Shown here in pieces: positions 48,650 through 60,880 of a stretch of 64,000 bases of DNA. The stretch is taken from assembly GCA_030265395.1 (NCBI GenBank), contig JARFYF010000046.1, positions 13,488,084-13,552,083 on the forward strand, read 5' to 3'. Source of the DNA: Rhina ancylostomus (Eukaryota). Numbering within the stretch: position 1 is the first letter of the stretch; every line of letters starts with the position of its first letter. A model generated the notes under the pieces. The model saw nothing but the letters and a program-made list of their open reading frames with translations, was not told where the DNA came from and made no database searches. Made by a program: the position numbers and the translations under genes.

Positions 48650-51125
48650 TATGGTACCACCTATGTCTGAGTCTGTGTGCGTAGTGTCAGGTGGGGCTCG
48701 TGTGTGAGCAGTAAATCCCACACAGGAGAAATTGGACCCAGCGCTTTTGGTTTCCCTTGCTATTGGATCAAGACCAAGCTGTTGTACCTAGTTTGTGTGG
48801 GAGCTACCTGGCGTTTAAAAAATACTACAGGCAACTTGATTCCTTATTATTCAGGTCAGGATCTCGAATGTTGGGTCACTGATGTATCATCTGAATGGCG
48901 ACTTTGCTATTGTAGCTCAGCAACTCTCAACTGGCCGCCATCTGCCCACGATAACAATGCCATAGTCAAAGGACAAGGTGGTGGATATATCTTCTGCAGG
49001 GCAAACTGGAAGGGAACCATCATCTTCACAGAGTGAGCTTTGCCATTTGCAGATTTAGTGAAAGCATTGTCCCTGAATTCATCATTGCGCACATCCCAAC
49101 CCTAGAAGCTAAGGATGCTGCCAAAGAGGACTTCTCATCTGACCTTAAAAATCCTGGTCCACATCAAGAGGAGGCAAGCTAATCTCCTGTGTGGCTTCAG
49201 TATCATGGGAGGGAAAAATGTAACGCTATGGCAAAGGATGTTTGGCTAAGGAGTAGTAGGAAGGTGGTCCTCCCCAACAAAATGCTCGGAGCATGATCTT
49301 ATCGTCACCGACACCCTGCTTTGTCAGCAGGACAAACAGATCTCATGGCAACACCCCTGTTCCAGGCACTGGCACCTATGAGACTGTAGCATTGTCAGAG
49401 TAAGAGATTACAAAGATGTCCATAATCACTTATGCAGTGAGGTATACCAATGATTGTTGAACTGGTCACTGTCAAATTTGTTTTATTATCTCCATTAACT
49501 TTGCCCAAAATATCAGCATCGACTGAAAATCAATGTTAAAATATTCAAGGTCTCCAAGAAAGTAGCTCCTCAGCACCTCAGGCATTTTGTTGATTCCAAG
49601 CTAATTGGAATTGGTGTCATCAGCATGCGCTGTCCTGAAGACAACCATATTAGGCATCTGTGTAAAGATTGGTCATGCAGCGTGGAATTGGGCCCTTCAA
49701 CTTACCAGGTTTGTGCTAACCATTAAGTACCTGTTTATACTGATCCCATTTTATTCTCCCCAATTTTCCATCAGTCCCTCACCTTATCCTCTACTCCTTC
49801 AGGTTCTACCCCCATCTATAAAATGAAGGCAATTTACATTGGCCACAACCTACCAATCTGTGCATCTTTGGGATGTGGGAAGAAGCCAGAGCACCTGGAG
49901 GAAACGGTCACAGGGAAAATGTTCAGACTTCACACATAGTGCTGGATGTCAGGATCGAACCTCGGTCACTGGAGATGAGGCAGAAGCTCTACTCCCTGTG
50001 CCATTTGTGGTGGAACTAATCACCTGCAAATGTTAGGTATTCCTGGATTGGGAAAGTACCAGCTTTATGGGCACCTGATGGCAGAGATCAGCAGAAATGG
50101 TTATGAATAGATGGAGGATGAAATGAGCTCAGTAAGTCCAGGGATTCATTAACAGCAATGATGTGGAGTTTTCAATACCTTCAAGGACATCTGCAGCCCA
50201 AACTCCAAGGTCCCATACCATTAGAGTAGACTGCAACCCTGTTGAATTTTTAAAACTTGGTGGCAAAGAGCTTCAACCATGAATTCACTATGTCACTTTC
50301 CATATCTGGGAAGAGGAGTATTTATATCAAGGAATATCCGGGATACTATAATTGTGACCATTTTCAAAAGAGGAGACAAATCTGTCTGTGTTTTCCCTAC
50401 AGGGAAAATTATTGCCATATTGCACTCCTCATCTACCTCTTCCCATTAGTCAAACAGCTGCACCCCGAATCAGAATGTGGATTCTGTTCATCAAGAGGTG
50501 CATAATGTTCACTACTTGGCAACTCCATGAGAAATGCAGGGAGCAGCACCAATCACCATACGTGGCCCTTTATGACTTCACTGAGCTTCTGACTCCAATT
50601 GGGAGAGACTGTAGAACACTCCCCTAATTCAGTCTTTATCCTACATTTATTATGACATGCAAGCCATGATCTTAAACAGGTGTGCAATAGACACAATTAC
50701 AGTAAATACTGATGCATCATTTTCCTGACACAGTCGACATCATTGTACATGCCATGAGATTTGCAAGCCGAGCATCAGAGCCTTGAAACAGATGCTCTAT
50801 TTCCAATTTTGTCTTGAAGAGATTGCCAGGTAATGAGAGGAACAGATTCAAGGATATACTTGAAGCCTCCATGAAAATTTCAATATGCCCACTGACTCTG
50901 AGCACTCTTGGCCCAAGGATTGTTAAAAATGAAGATGGAGCATTCAGGATGGTATTGAGAATCTTGGGTACACAGAGGTCTCGTGTAAAAGCAGAAAGTG
51001 CATGCTACCTCACAAACTACCCACCCAGGCACTTGCTCGTGGCTTTCAGTCACCCTGGAATCCACAAAACCAGAGTGGAAGCAGTCTGCCCTTGATCCTG
51101 AGAGACTACATCAGAATGAGTAGGA
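48650..51125 (+). mobile_element. RTE-clade LINE (BovB/AviRTE-like), decayed and internally deleted
   Basis: Endonuclease: GQGGGYIF, LHRVSFAI, PTLEAKDAAKEDFSSDL, EHDLIVTDTL, SWQHPCSRHWHL. RT: LHPESECGF..SRG..MFTTWQLHEKCREQHQSPYVALYDFT. C-terminus RLPGNERNRFKDILEASMK. Confidence 0.88.
49680..50003 (-). mobile_element. V-SINE nested in the RTE element
   Basis: Minus-strand B box GGTTCGATCC (about 49952-49961), V-domain tttcctccaggtgctctggcttcttcccacatcccaaaga and CR1-like tail gaagggcc. RTE homology resumes on both sides. Confidence 0.8.
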
Positions 51126-51399
51126 GGAAATGATAACTTCTGAAGGAGGAAGTGAAGCGTTAATATATTAAAACCAGAGTCCAACTTTGCAGTGGCTGCC
51201 ACTTGTGTAAACATTTCAATGTGTTTAATATTGTCCGTTAATGGTTTTGTAACATGTTGTTGTATTTGATGTATATTTGGGGGTATAATGCATAAATAAT
51301 AGTCCAGCAGTTGCATTGACAGTTAATTTTTTTGGGTCATTTATACCTTCTGACACAAAGTTGTGTATTTCTTGTTATGCAGCTGTACTATAGTAGTCT

Positions 51400-51810
51400 G
51401 GAGACACGAGATTGCAGATGCTGGAATCTGGAGCAAAAACCATCCATCTGCCCATCATCCCTCCCTCACTTTGTTCCATTTATCGCCTTTCACTACCCTT
51501 CTGTTCTCTCTCCAACTATCTCCATTTGGCAATTTTTTCCCTTTTTTTAAATCCGTTTCACCTAACACACACCAGCCTCCATCTCTCAACTTTCTCTCCT
51601 AGTTCCATCTGCTCATTATCCCCCACATTACTGGTTCCACCTTTTACTGACCAGCCCCCATATTACCCCTCCCTGTCACCACTTTTTCTTGCTATCTTCC
51701 CTCTACACTCAGTCATGATACAGGATCGTGACCCAAAATGTCAGCCATCCCTTTGCCTTCATGGATACTGCTTGACCTGCTGAGTTCCTCCAGCAGCTTT
51801 TTTTGTTTCA
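51400..51810. repeat. Penelope-like terminal repeat with a CT-rich interior
   Basis: gattgcagatgctggaatctggagcaaaaac, a pyrimidine-rich tract, then catgatacaggatcgtgacccaaaatgtc (decayed hammerhead-like core) and ctgcttgacctgctgagttcctccagca. Confidence 0.7.
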
Positions 51811-52727
51811 GTAGTCTGGGTCTGATTCCAGGAGACGATCACAATTTAATTGACAGATTGTGTACTGTTTAATTCACCTCTTTAGCTGCAGCTTTGCTGT
51901 GTCTCTAAATACTGTCACTGTTTAAATTTGTGCCATGTGCTTTGGTATTGACTTAAAAGCAGTGAAAATCACTCCTGCTATGGTATAGACATGCACACTA
52001 GTGAATTTGCATGTGAACTGGAATTGAATGCTTTCGTACTGTGACAGTATTGATTCTCTAAAATAACTAATGTTGCATTTCCTCATTTCCTTGTCACATC
52101 AAAAATGCTCCACAGACTTCTAGCCACCAAACTAATCACCTGACGCTGATCACGGGAAAAAGTAACTGAACCTTTGTGTGCATTCTTGGTGCTAGTCACC
52201 TGCTGAAATAGGACAAAGACTGGAGCTCTGCAGCATGATTTGCATCTTCATAGTCCACTCTAATTCATATTCTTCTTTGACAAATTTTTGAACATTGGTC
52301 TATCACTGTATTTGGTGATCTAATGGAGGGTTTGATAATTGAGACTTTATAAGCTAGACATCAAGTGATTTCTGCTTGTGGGCGGGTCTAAAATTAGGAG
52401 TCTATATATTGAGAGAGAAAACAGACATCTGGTGGTGGGGTGAGCACGGAAAATAGCATTGGGATAGAGAAACGGCCTTGATCCCCTTTTCAATGTTCTC
52501 TGTAAGCAGTGATCAATAAATTCCAGGAAGTTGAGGAGAGATTTCTTTACCTTGTGGTTAGAAAGTGGTCATTTCAAGTGACCAGCACTGATGGATTTCA
52601 GAACAAACTGGATTAAGTACATGAGGAAGACAGGAATAATGTGCTGATGTGGTTAGATGAAGTTGAATGGGTTGTGGCTCTTTTTGAGCATAATCTCCAA
52701 CATATGACATTTTATTTATAATGATTT

Positions 52728-52935
52728 AGAAAGGGACCATTTAGCTTACTGGGTCCATCCCAGCACCCAGCAGAACAATTTCATCAGTCAAATTCACCAT
52801 CTCTATTTTCCTGTATCTCTACAACCCATGTTCTCTCAAACATGCCCATCAACATCCCTTTTATTCTTTTGCCATTAGCCTACACCTGGGTGCCTGGAGC
52901 TTTGAGGCAGCAGCATTAACTATTGTGCCATCCAC
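52728..52935 (-). mobile_element. Internally deleted SINE inside an old CR1 3' fragment (about 52290-52970)
   Basis: tRNA-head remnant (ctggagctttgaggcagcagcattaactattgtgcca) joined to a CR1-type tail (gggaccatttagc). Confidence 0.5.
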
Positions 52936-55003
52936 AATATGTTGGATCAAATTAATTGTTTCTTTGCGAGAAATCCCAAGTAATTGTCTTTTCTCAGTTC
53001 AGATTTTTTAAATGGAAAATGTCATCGCAATCATGAAGTTGTTCATTGTTTTTCCAATCAGTTGAAATCAACTTAAGTTGAAGGTGATGAACTCAAAAGT
53101 TGTTCTACTTGTCTGACTTTAAAATGGACCTAGCTTTTCTCAATTTGTTGGTGGCCATTTCCTAAAATTGCTGTAGGTGGCAGTTGCCAACTGTGTTTTT
53201 AAAATTCAGTTGATGCAAGATTCTCCAGTAATTGGACTAATTGGATTTGCAGCAAAATGAGTTATGTAGTTTTAATTTAAATGTTGTGCTTTTAAAATGA
53301 GGCTCTTCTGTATTGAAATTGGTACCTGTTAATCAAATTTTGATGCAATTTTCACAGGTAATTTTCACTTGGATATAGATTGTTAAACTTTTTCCTCAGA
53401 ATATGGAATGGTGAGCTCCATTCTAATGTGTGGTGATGGCTGTGCTTCAGCATGTTGAAGTGCAAATCCTTTTGCAGTACTTTATTTATAGCCTGCTATA
53501 TTCTCCCTCATTTGTATCAACCATTATCTTGCACACAATTTGCATGTAACAATTCCTACTGCAGCTTAGAAGTACTGAGGTACAATACTCTAGGATATTC
53601 ATATAATTTCTTGGGAGAGGAAATTGTCACTGCAACCCCCACACATAATGTGATCTTCTACATTGATTTCAATTCACTCTGCATGTGTTTTCCACATTTC
53701 AACAATACCTAACTTTGCTTAAATTGGTTATAAAGTCCTTTTGCGGCACTTAAAATGATGTTAAAAGCATTGTATAAATGCATCCATTTTAACATTGACT
53801 GATAACCCACTTNNNNNNNNNNNNNNNNNNNNNNNNNNNNNNNNNNNNNNNNNNNNNNNNNNNNNNNNNNNNNNNNNNNNNNNNNNNNNNNNNNNNNNNN
53901 NNNNNNNNNNNNCCACTTAAATTTTGCAAGACACTTTCTGAACCAGCCAGGCACTAGTTCCATTGCTTCCAGAAGGTGTGCCTGAAGTTAAACAGTTGGG
54001 ACAAACTAGAGGTACTTGCCAAGTGGTGACATCTCAGCCCTCAGGACTGCTCCATCTTCTGGTTGTTTCATAGCTGACGTGTAACTCAACTGCATTTACT
54101 GGGTTTGTTTCTGTAATCCTTTCCTAACAAACATCTGTTATTAGATTCCAAAAATTGATCTTTTGCACTGAAAATGACATACAATCTGAAATATTAGTTT
54201 TTCTTTCTTCCCTGACCTGAGTGTTTCAAACACTTCCTGCTTTTATTTCATAATCTAATGATTGCTTGGATGCTTCAACTTGTAACTGCTGTTAGTTGAG
54301 GATTATGTGGCTTCTTTTCTCTGTCCCTTGTAACCTTAGGCATATACCTCCAAACTGGCTAGATCTGTTGTCCCTTATTTGAGTAGCCTTACTAGCATCT
54401 TGGCACTTTTCTGTGTATGGATCTGCAATGCTGAAGTTGATCACCTTGGTGATGATGGGAGAACAAGTTCATAAGTTTGGCCTCTATTGTTTTGGAGTTC
54501 ACATATGTAGAGGATAATTGGTAAATTCTGTCTTCAGTATATAACAGGAGAGTTTTGATATACTTTCCCTGTGTCCACATTGTACAATATACCTTAGTAA
54601 CTGTCATGCTTAAGTCTTATTCCTGAAAATACATAGAAGGCATTGCAGTTCCTTGACTGGTTCTCTACTGCATGGTCTTGAAATGAGAGCTAAGATTCAA
54701 CCTTTTTGTTTTGATGTGCAATAATTTCTGTTTCAATCTTGCCAATAGGACAGGCATTGAGCAGCAAAGAATATACTCTTTGAAACTGCCTTCCATTAAT
54801 ATGATGTCTTTCACAACCTCAAAGTGCCCTGTAGTGACTGTTTTGGCAGTTACTTCCTACAATTACAAATAACCTTAGGTTGTAATTTCAGGTTATTACG
54901 TCATGGGATTACACTGGGATCAGTTTAAGTCTAGAATGGTGTTTGGATTTGAGATAAAGTAGGAGAAGCAAAATTGAAGTTTTTCATTTTGCGTTTTTTT
55001 TAG

Positions 55004-55087
55004 GTGTTTGATGGAAAAGAACTTTGTAAGGATTGGAAAATGGTTTGTTAAGCCCTATGAGAAAAATGAGAAGTCTGTCAACAAAAG
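55004..55087 (+). CDS. MED13L: MED13L coding exon (equivalent to exon 4; 84 nt, phase 2 to phase 2)
   Basis: Acceptor ttttgcgttttttttAG and donor AAG|GTAAGC. It joins the previous exon in frame (AG+G = Arg) and reads [27 protein letters not shown](S), the direct continuation in MED13L. Confidence 0.93.
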
Positions 55088-56889
55088 GTAAGCATTAATA
55101 AGATTTTCACTTTCATGCTTATTAACTCATGTTAATGTTTTTTGCTGGTGTCTTTATTTTGAACTACTGGGAAAAATGTGCATCATGCATACTGTTGAAA
55201 TTTGTTAGAAACGACATGATTACTAAGGAATTCAGGCTAATTCTTCAAATAATTCTTTCAAGTTTCCTTAATCTCTTCCAATCAGCACCTGCTTTATGTT
55301 TTGCAAATCATCAGTTGTTTCATGGCTAATTCTATTAAAGTGTCCAGATGGTTAATGAATTTTCTTTTAAGATATCCAACTTAATTTTCGATAAATAATT
55401 TTCCTCTGCTTTGTATCGCTTCCATTGCTGGTAGTTGGGGACTTGATGTTTGTTATTCTGATCAATATGTCATTGCTTTCATTTGTGATACTTTGGCAAA
55501 TGTATTGGCACTGTACAGCATGCTGAAAATTTTTTTTAAATCCAAGCTACAGGAGGAATATCCATTTTAAAAAGAAGAGATAGAATGTATGGTAGAGAGC
55601 AGAAGTAGAGGTTGCACTTATATGGAAATCTGTAGAATAGGGGATAAAATGCAGAATTGAGATTTTTTTTTATTGGAGGCTGTGTCATGTGGAGATGCTA
55701 TCTGATCTGTTGAACCGATTCTTCAATTTCAATTAAATTAAGTATTTTGGTAATTTGCCATGCAGTATCCTGTGTTGCAGTATTGTGCTGGAAACGTAGC
55801 AAATGTGGGAGATGCCACAGTGTAACTAGATCTTGCTATTTCAGTCCTGTTTAATTGTCGTGAGTGTCTGATGCATCAGTTTGAAAGTTGGAACAGTTAG
55901 AAATGTAAGTATCATTACATTTCAATATAATTTGAAAATACTTTCCATGTACTTCGTCATTTATGATTCTAAGGTACAGTTTGAAGATTCTAGTTCTTCT
56001 GATGGGATTGATTTTAAGTCGTATATGATTTTGTTTGGTTAAGGAATAACATTCATTTAGGCTCAGGACTTCCTGGCTGGAAAGCAAAATTTGTTAGTCT
56101 TTCATTGTCACTACTGGAGACTAATGTTACACATTGGATTGTACCAATGCATTTTGGCACTCTTTGTAATTTAGTGTGTGCAAAGAAATTTGGAATTGCA
56201 CTTGGGGGGGGGGGGGAGAAGAANNNNNNNNNNNNNNNNNNNNNNNNNNNNNNNNNNNNNNNNNNNNNNNNNNNNNNNNNNNNNNNNNNNNNNNNNNNNN
56301 NNNNNNNNNNNNNNNNNNNNNNNAGAAGAATCAACGCAAAATTCAGTATTTATACAAGAATAAAATTTGGACATTAAATATGAATCAAACTTTTGCACTA
56401 TTTACAAATCACTGAGAAATGTTTTCACAATTTTGAAATGTGTGTAATTGAAAGGATACTTGTGGGGGGGAAAAAAGTGAAGATTCTAAAAAATATTTTT
56501 TGTGTAATGATGTAGAATAGAATCATAAGATTGTTTATCTTTAGAGGCAGTTCCACTCACTACTTTTTACACAGCAGTGAACTCCAGTTTATAAATTATG
56601 CTTTTTTAAAAAAAACACATGCAGAGTAAAAAGTAACTCAAAGCCAGAAACCCCAAAATTAGAAGGAATTTATTCAGGGAAAATTATGAGGTAGCTGACT
56701 GTAATACGCAAAAAAAAGTATTCAATGTTAAAAATTGCTCTTTCACTCCACTGCGGATGCCAGCAAGATTCTAATTCCGCTTTATTCCAAGTCAGCTCTT
56801 TGCCCATTTTTTGAATGTGCATAATTTTTGTAGGCTCTGATTATACACAGCTTTAGACAGAAGGCAATATATGCAGAGCTGCCTAATAA

Positions 56890-57080
56890 GTTCTGCCAGG
56901 GGAGATGATAGAGGCAGATACAATAGTAACATTTAAGAGGCATTTAGACACAAATGAACAGGCGGGGAACAGAAAGATACAGACCATGGGTTGGCAGATG
57001 GGATAAGTTCGATGGGCATCATGGTTGGCGCAGACATAGTTGGCAAAAGGGCTTCTTCCTCTGCTGTACTGTTCTCTGTC
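56890..57080 (+). mobile_element. CR1 3' end
   Basis: LPGEMIEADTIVTFKRHLD plus the tail ggcaaaagggcttcttcctctgctgtactgttctctg. Confidence 0.85.
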
Positions 57081-57199
57081 CAACGAGCAATTACGTTAAA
57101 ATATTGTCGCAGTATACCTGAAGCAGAAGTAATTAACTTTTTAAATATTATGCAGATACTAAAGATCAGAAAATGCATTTGATTTATGACATGTTGAAA

Positions 57200-57870
57200 C
57201 ATTGTAAAAGTTGGAGGAGTGAGAAGCCATTTGACCTATTGCATTGGCTTTTTGTAAGAACAGGCTGTACAACTCATCAACTGGCTTATTCTCCTTTAAC
57301 CCTGCATTTATCCAATTCCTTTGAAAGACCCAATAGAACCTGCTTCCACTGCCCTTTTAAGCTAGAAATTATGTCCTTGTTTCATGAGAGATTTTCTTCA
57401 CATTACCTTTTTGACTTCTTTGTCACTCGCCTTAAATTTGTCTCATCTGATTTTTGATCTGTTGCCAATGAAACAATTTCTGATGTGCTTTGTCTAGACC
57501 TCTTATGACATTGAGAGATGGATTGGAGGAAATATTCCACCTTCTCTGTTCTCAGGAGGGCATCCCCAGCTTCCCTCACCTTGCATGCAACTGAAGCCTC
57601 AAAACCCTGGGACATTTAGAATACATTTTATCAGTATGCTTTCTGAGGTCTTCAGATTCTTGTGTGTGATGTCCAAATTTAGGTGCATGTCTCCAGTTGT
57701 GGTGAAATCAGTATCTTATAGAAGTTCAACATAGCCTTCTTTAGTGTTCTTTGATTCTATAAAGTCCAGAATCTGGTACACATCCTAACTACTCTTTCAA
57801 CCTGTCCTATTATTCTCAAAGATTTAGACATGTGTATATCTACTCTTGTGTTTCTGCACCCACTTTAAAT
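57200..57870 (-). mobile_element. Old CR1 3' region
   Basis: Decayed CR1 pattern on the minus strand (aaggctatgttgaacttctataagatactgatttcaccacaactggag reads KAMLNFYKILISPQLE). Confidence 0.6.
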
Positions 57871-57951
57871 TTGGGTGCTTCTGTTATTGGCAAAATACAT
57901 CACTTTGAACTTGGTCAAAATTTTATTTGGTACTCTTTTTCTCTTCTTTGT

Positions 57952-57991
<40 letters not shown>
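57952..57991. repeat. G40 homopolymer at a contig end
   Basis: 40 consecutive G immediately before the 57992-58422 gap. Confidence 0.9.
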
Positions 57992-58439
57992 NNNNNNNNN
58001 NNNNNNNNNNNNNNNNNNNNNNNNNNNNNNNNNNNNNNNNNNNNNNNNNNNNNNNNNNNNNNNNNNNNNNNNNNNNNNNNNNNNNNNNNNNNNNNNNNNN
58101 NNNNNNNNNNNNNNNNNNNNNNNNNNNNNNNNNNNNNNNNNNNNNNNNNNNNNNNNNNNNNNNNNNNNNNNNNNNNNNNNNNNNNNNNNNNNNNNNNNNN
58201 NNNNNNNNNNNNNNNNNNNNNNNNNNNNNNNNNNNNNNNNNNNNNNNNNNNNNNNNNNNNNNNNNNNNNNNNNNNNNNNNNNNNNNNNNNNNNNNNNNNN
58301 NNNNNNNNNNNNNNNNNNNNNNNNNNNNNNNNNNNNNNNNNNNNNNNNNNNNNNNNNNNNNNNNNNNNNNNNNNNNNNNNNNNNNNNNNNNNNNNNNNNN
58401 NNNNNNNNNNNNNNNNNNNNNNCTGTGCACAATTTCTTG

Positions 58440-59860
58440 TGTCACAGCTTCTAGTTGTATCTTTCTCCTCTGAGATGTGAGTAATAAGTTTGAGGATGCA
58501 TGACTTGAAGCTGGAGGTTTTGTTTTTCAGTTGGGGCTTGGCTTTTCAATGACTTGTTGGTCAGCAGTTGCTGTATGGCTGGACCAAATAGCTGCTGTGG
58601 ATGGTGTCAAAAGTTCTCACGTCAAGGAAAATTGTGTTGCAGAGGTCTTCAAAGTGCTCCTTCTAGCAGATATTGACTGCTTCTGTCTTTAAGTTCTTGG
58701 CTTATTGGGGTGGAGCCTTAGGTGTTTGGGCCCGAGTTGGCCTTAAACTTGCTGGAAATCTACATATTGTGGCTGGGCATCAAATGCTCTTTTTACCCCC
58801 CCATCTTTCGGGATGGATTTTCTGCTGGACATTGACATTACAATCCTAAATCGAAGTGTCTTTGGGGCTGTTTCATTTCCACTTAGGAATGGTGATTATT
58901 TGGATCTTCGATCTAGTTATAACCATGAAACCCATTGTTGGGATGGAAGATGAGAATATTCACTGGTCCCAATCATAAGCTGCTTGTTTCAGAGTTTCTA
59001 TGGATGCTTATTTTTTGGGAGGGCAGGGCGCGGAATCAGATTGATGGAAATAATAGAACAGATTAGGTAGTGATAAGTCCAGTAGGTATTGGTACTTGTC
59101 GTGGCAGGGGTAATGTGGACATCTTTGTAGTCCTCTGCTTGGACAAAGATGTAACTGGTGCCAGGGCTAAGGTTGTTGCCATGACATTTTTTTGCCTCTC
59201 TGGCAAACCTAGATGTAGTTTCTGATAAGACCGTATTGCAGATATTTTGTCAGAAGTTCTTAGTTGGAGTTAGCCTTCCCTGTGCATGATCAGAGAGTTA
59301 CGTCTTTTCCTATCCTGACATTGAAGTTGTCAAGGTAGATAAGTTTTGTCTGTCTTTGTGATTAGAGGCCAGGACTTTTTCCAGGGTTGGGGTAGAAGTC
59401 TTCCTTGGTCTTAGCAAGGGCTTCTGGGTGGGGAGTACATCCTAACAAATAGCATGATAGTTCGGTGCTAGTGAGGCATACACCAATACTGCAGCATAGG
59501 ATAGACCACAACATTTCTATTCCAGTTTGCTCCTTCAGAATTGGTTTCCTCCTGTTCGTCATGTTGAGTTCTTACGCCATAATGGTAGAGTACGATCAGT
59601 TCTGTCATCATTGGGATATTCCTGAGAGTCTTTACATGTCAGGTTCCAAACTTGTGCAATGCTAAGTTTTCTGTGTATGATTTCTTTGCCCGTGGGGCAA
59701 CTATTGCTCACCAGCTATTAAGTGGACTTAATGGAATGAAATAGTAAGGAGGAACCAAGATGAGTGAGACCAAACTCTGCTGTGTGCTCACTGTGGACAT
59801 GCAGGTAGGTGCCACTGGGCATGTGCATGGTCATGCACAAGGATTGGGCAAAGGAGCCCT
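58440..59860 (-). mobile_element. RTE-clade LINE 5' half (endonuclease region), heavily decayed
   Basis: The minus strand reads KFGT*HVKTL (like GTWNVRTL), PEALAKTKEDFY (like APT...KEDFY) and KEHFEDL. Confidence 0.7.
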
Positions 59861-60082
59861 TGCCCACTGTCTCATTCCTCGTTTCTTACTCCCTTGCCCA
59901 CACTCCCAGCTGCTCCATATTTTCAACTGCTGGCTCTGATTCCACAGATGGCTTTGTAACTACTGTTGTTCTATAGTATATTCATGTAGGTTCTAAAAGT
60001 GACAAACTCGTTTTTTGTAAATCCATGTGCACGGTCTTTGTATTTTCTACAGACTAATTAGTGATTCTTTCCCTTATAACTG

Positions 60083-60195
60083 GACCAGATGAAGGGTCTC
60101 AACCATTTCCTTCCACAGATGATGCTTGATGTGCTGAGTTCCTCCAACATTTTGCTTGTTGCTTCAGATTCCAGGATCTGCAGTCTTGTGTTTCA
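60083..60195 (+). repeat. Penelope-like repeat half-copy
   Basis: ccagatgaagggtctcaacc...ccacagatgatgcttgatgtgctgagttcctccaacattttgc..cagattccaggatctgcagtc. Confidence 0.7.
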
Positions 60196-60699
60196 TCATG
60201 ACCAACAGAGTTTCTCTCTTTGCATCCAGAGGAGAATATGTGCTCTCTGAAAGAATTACAGTGAGCAGCGTAGGACTCACTGAGGCTCTAGTAGTACAGT
60301 ATTGACTGCATTTCGGGTAGATTGTTCCCTTATTTTGTTTTGAAATGTTTAACACTACACTTTATTAAGTTGTCTAATTTTTCTCTATCTCTTTCTCTTT
60401 AAGAAACACCAAAGCTGCTGTTAAGTGACAGAACATGGAGTGGTCATATTTTGAAAATGCTTCTTAATTTATCTGTATTTGAAATGAATCATTGGAAATT
60501 ATACCAAATGGTGGTTGTATCTTCTATTTAAGTTTTGAAAAGTTATGCCAGTTTAATACTGAAGTAAATATTCAGCTTCATTCCACTTTTCAATTCTGTG
60601 TCAGAGTTAAAATTCATGACATCTATCCATCNNNNNNNNNNGGATCTACAAATATAATGTAAACTTGTTTGAAGCCAAATCCAATATCCAATGTTTTAA

Positions 60700-60880
60700 A
60701 TTGAAATAAAACAAAGATTGGAAATACTCAAGTTAGGTATCATCCATGGAGAGAGAAACAGGATTAATGTTTCAGTCAATAACCCATTGAAAGGTCATTA
60801 ACTTGAAGCATTTAATTTGTTTTGCTCTCCAGCAATGTCTGTCCTATTTCAGATTTCCAGCACCTGCAATATTTTGTATA
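60700..60880. repeat. Penelope-like fold-back repeat copy
   Basis: Left arm tgaaataaaac..tggaaatactca..catccatggagagagaaacaggattaatgtttcag; right arm gaaaggtcattaacttgaagcatttaa..tgttttgctctcca..atttcagatttccagcacctgca. Confidence 0.7.

Larger units (their letters stand above)
47600..55003 (+). other. MED13L: MED13L intron 3 (GT-AG, about 7.4 kb)
   Basis: GTAAGG at 47600 and TAG ending at 55003; the flanking exons join in frame. Confidence 0.9.

Noticed and set aside
53081-53120. GTGATGA...CTGA with a short terminal stem (C/D snoRNA-like)
   Set aside because: The boxes are only about 25 nt apart, too short for a C/D snoRNA, and there are no C'/D' boxes.
57832-58480. Poly-Gly/poly-Pro ORFs and a possible G-quadruplex
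   Set aside because: These come from a G homopolymer abutting an N gap. The run length is unreliable and may be a sequencing artefact.
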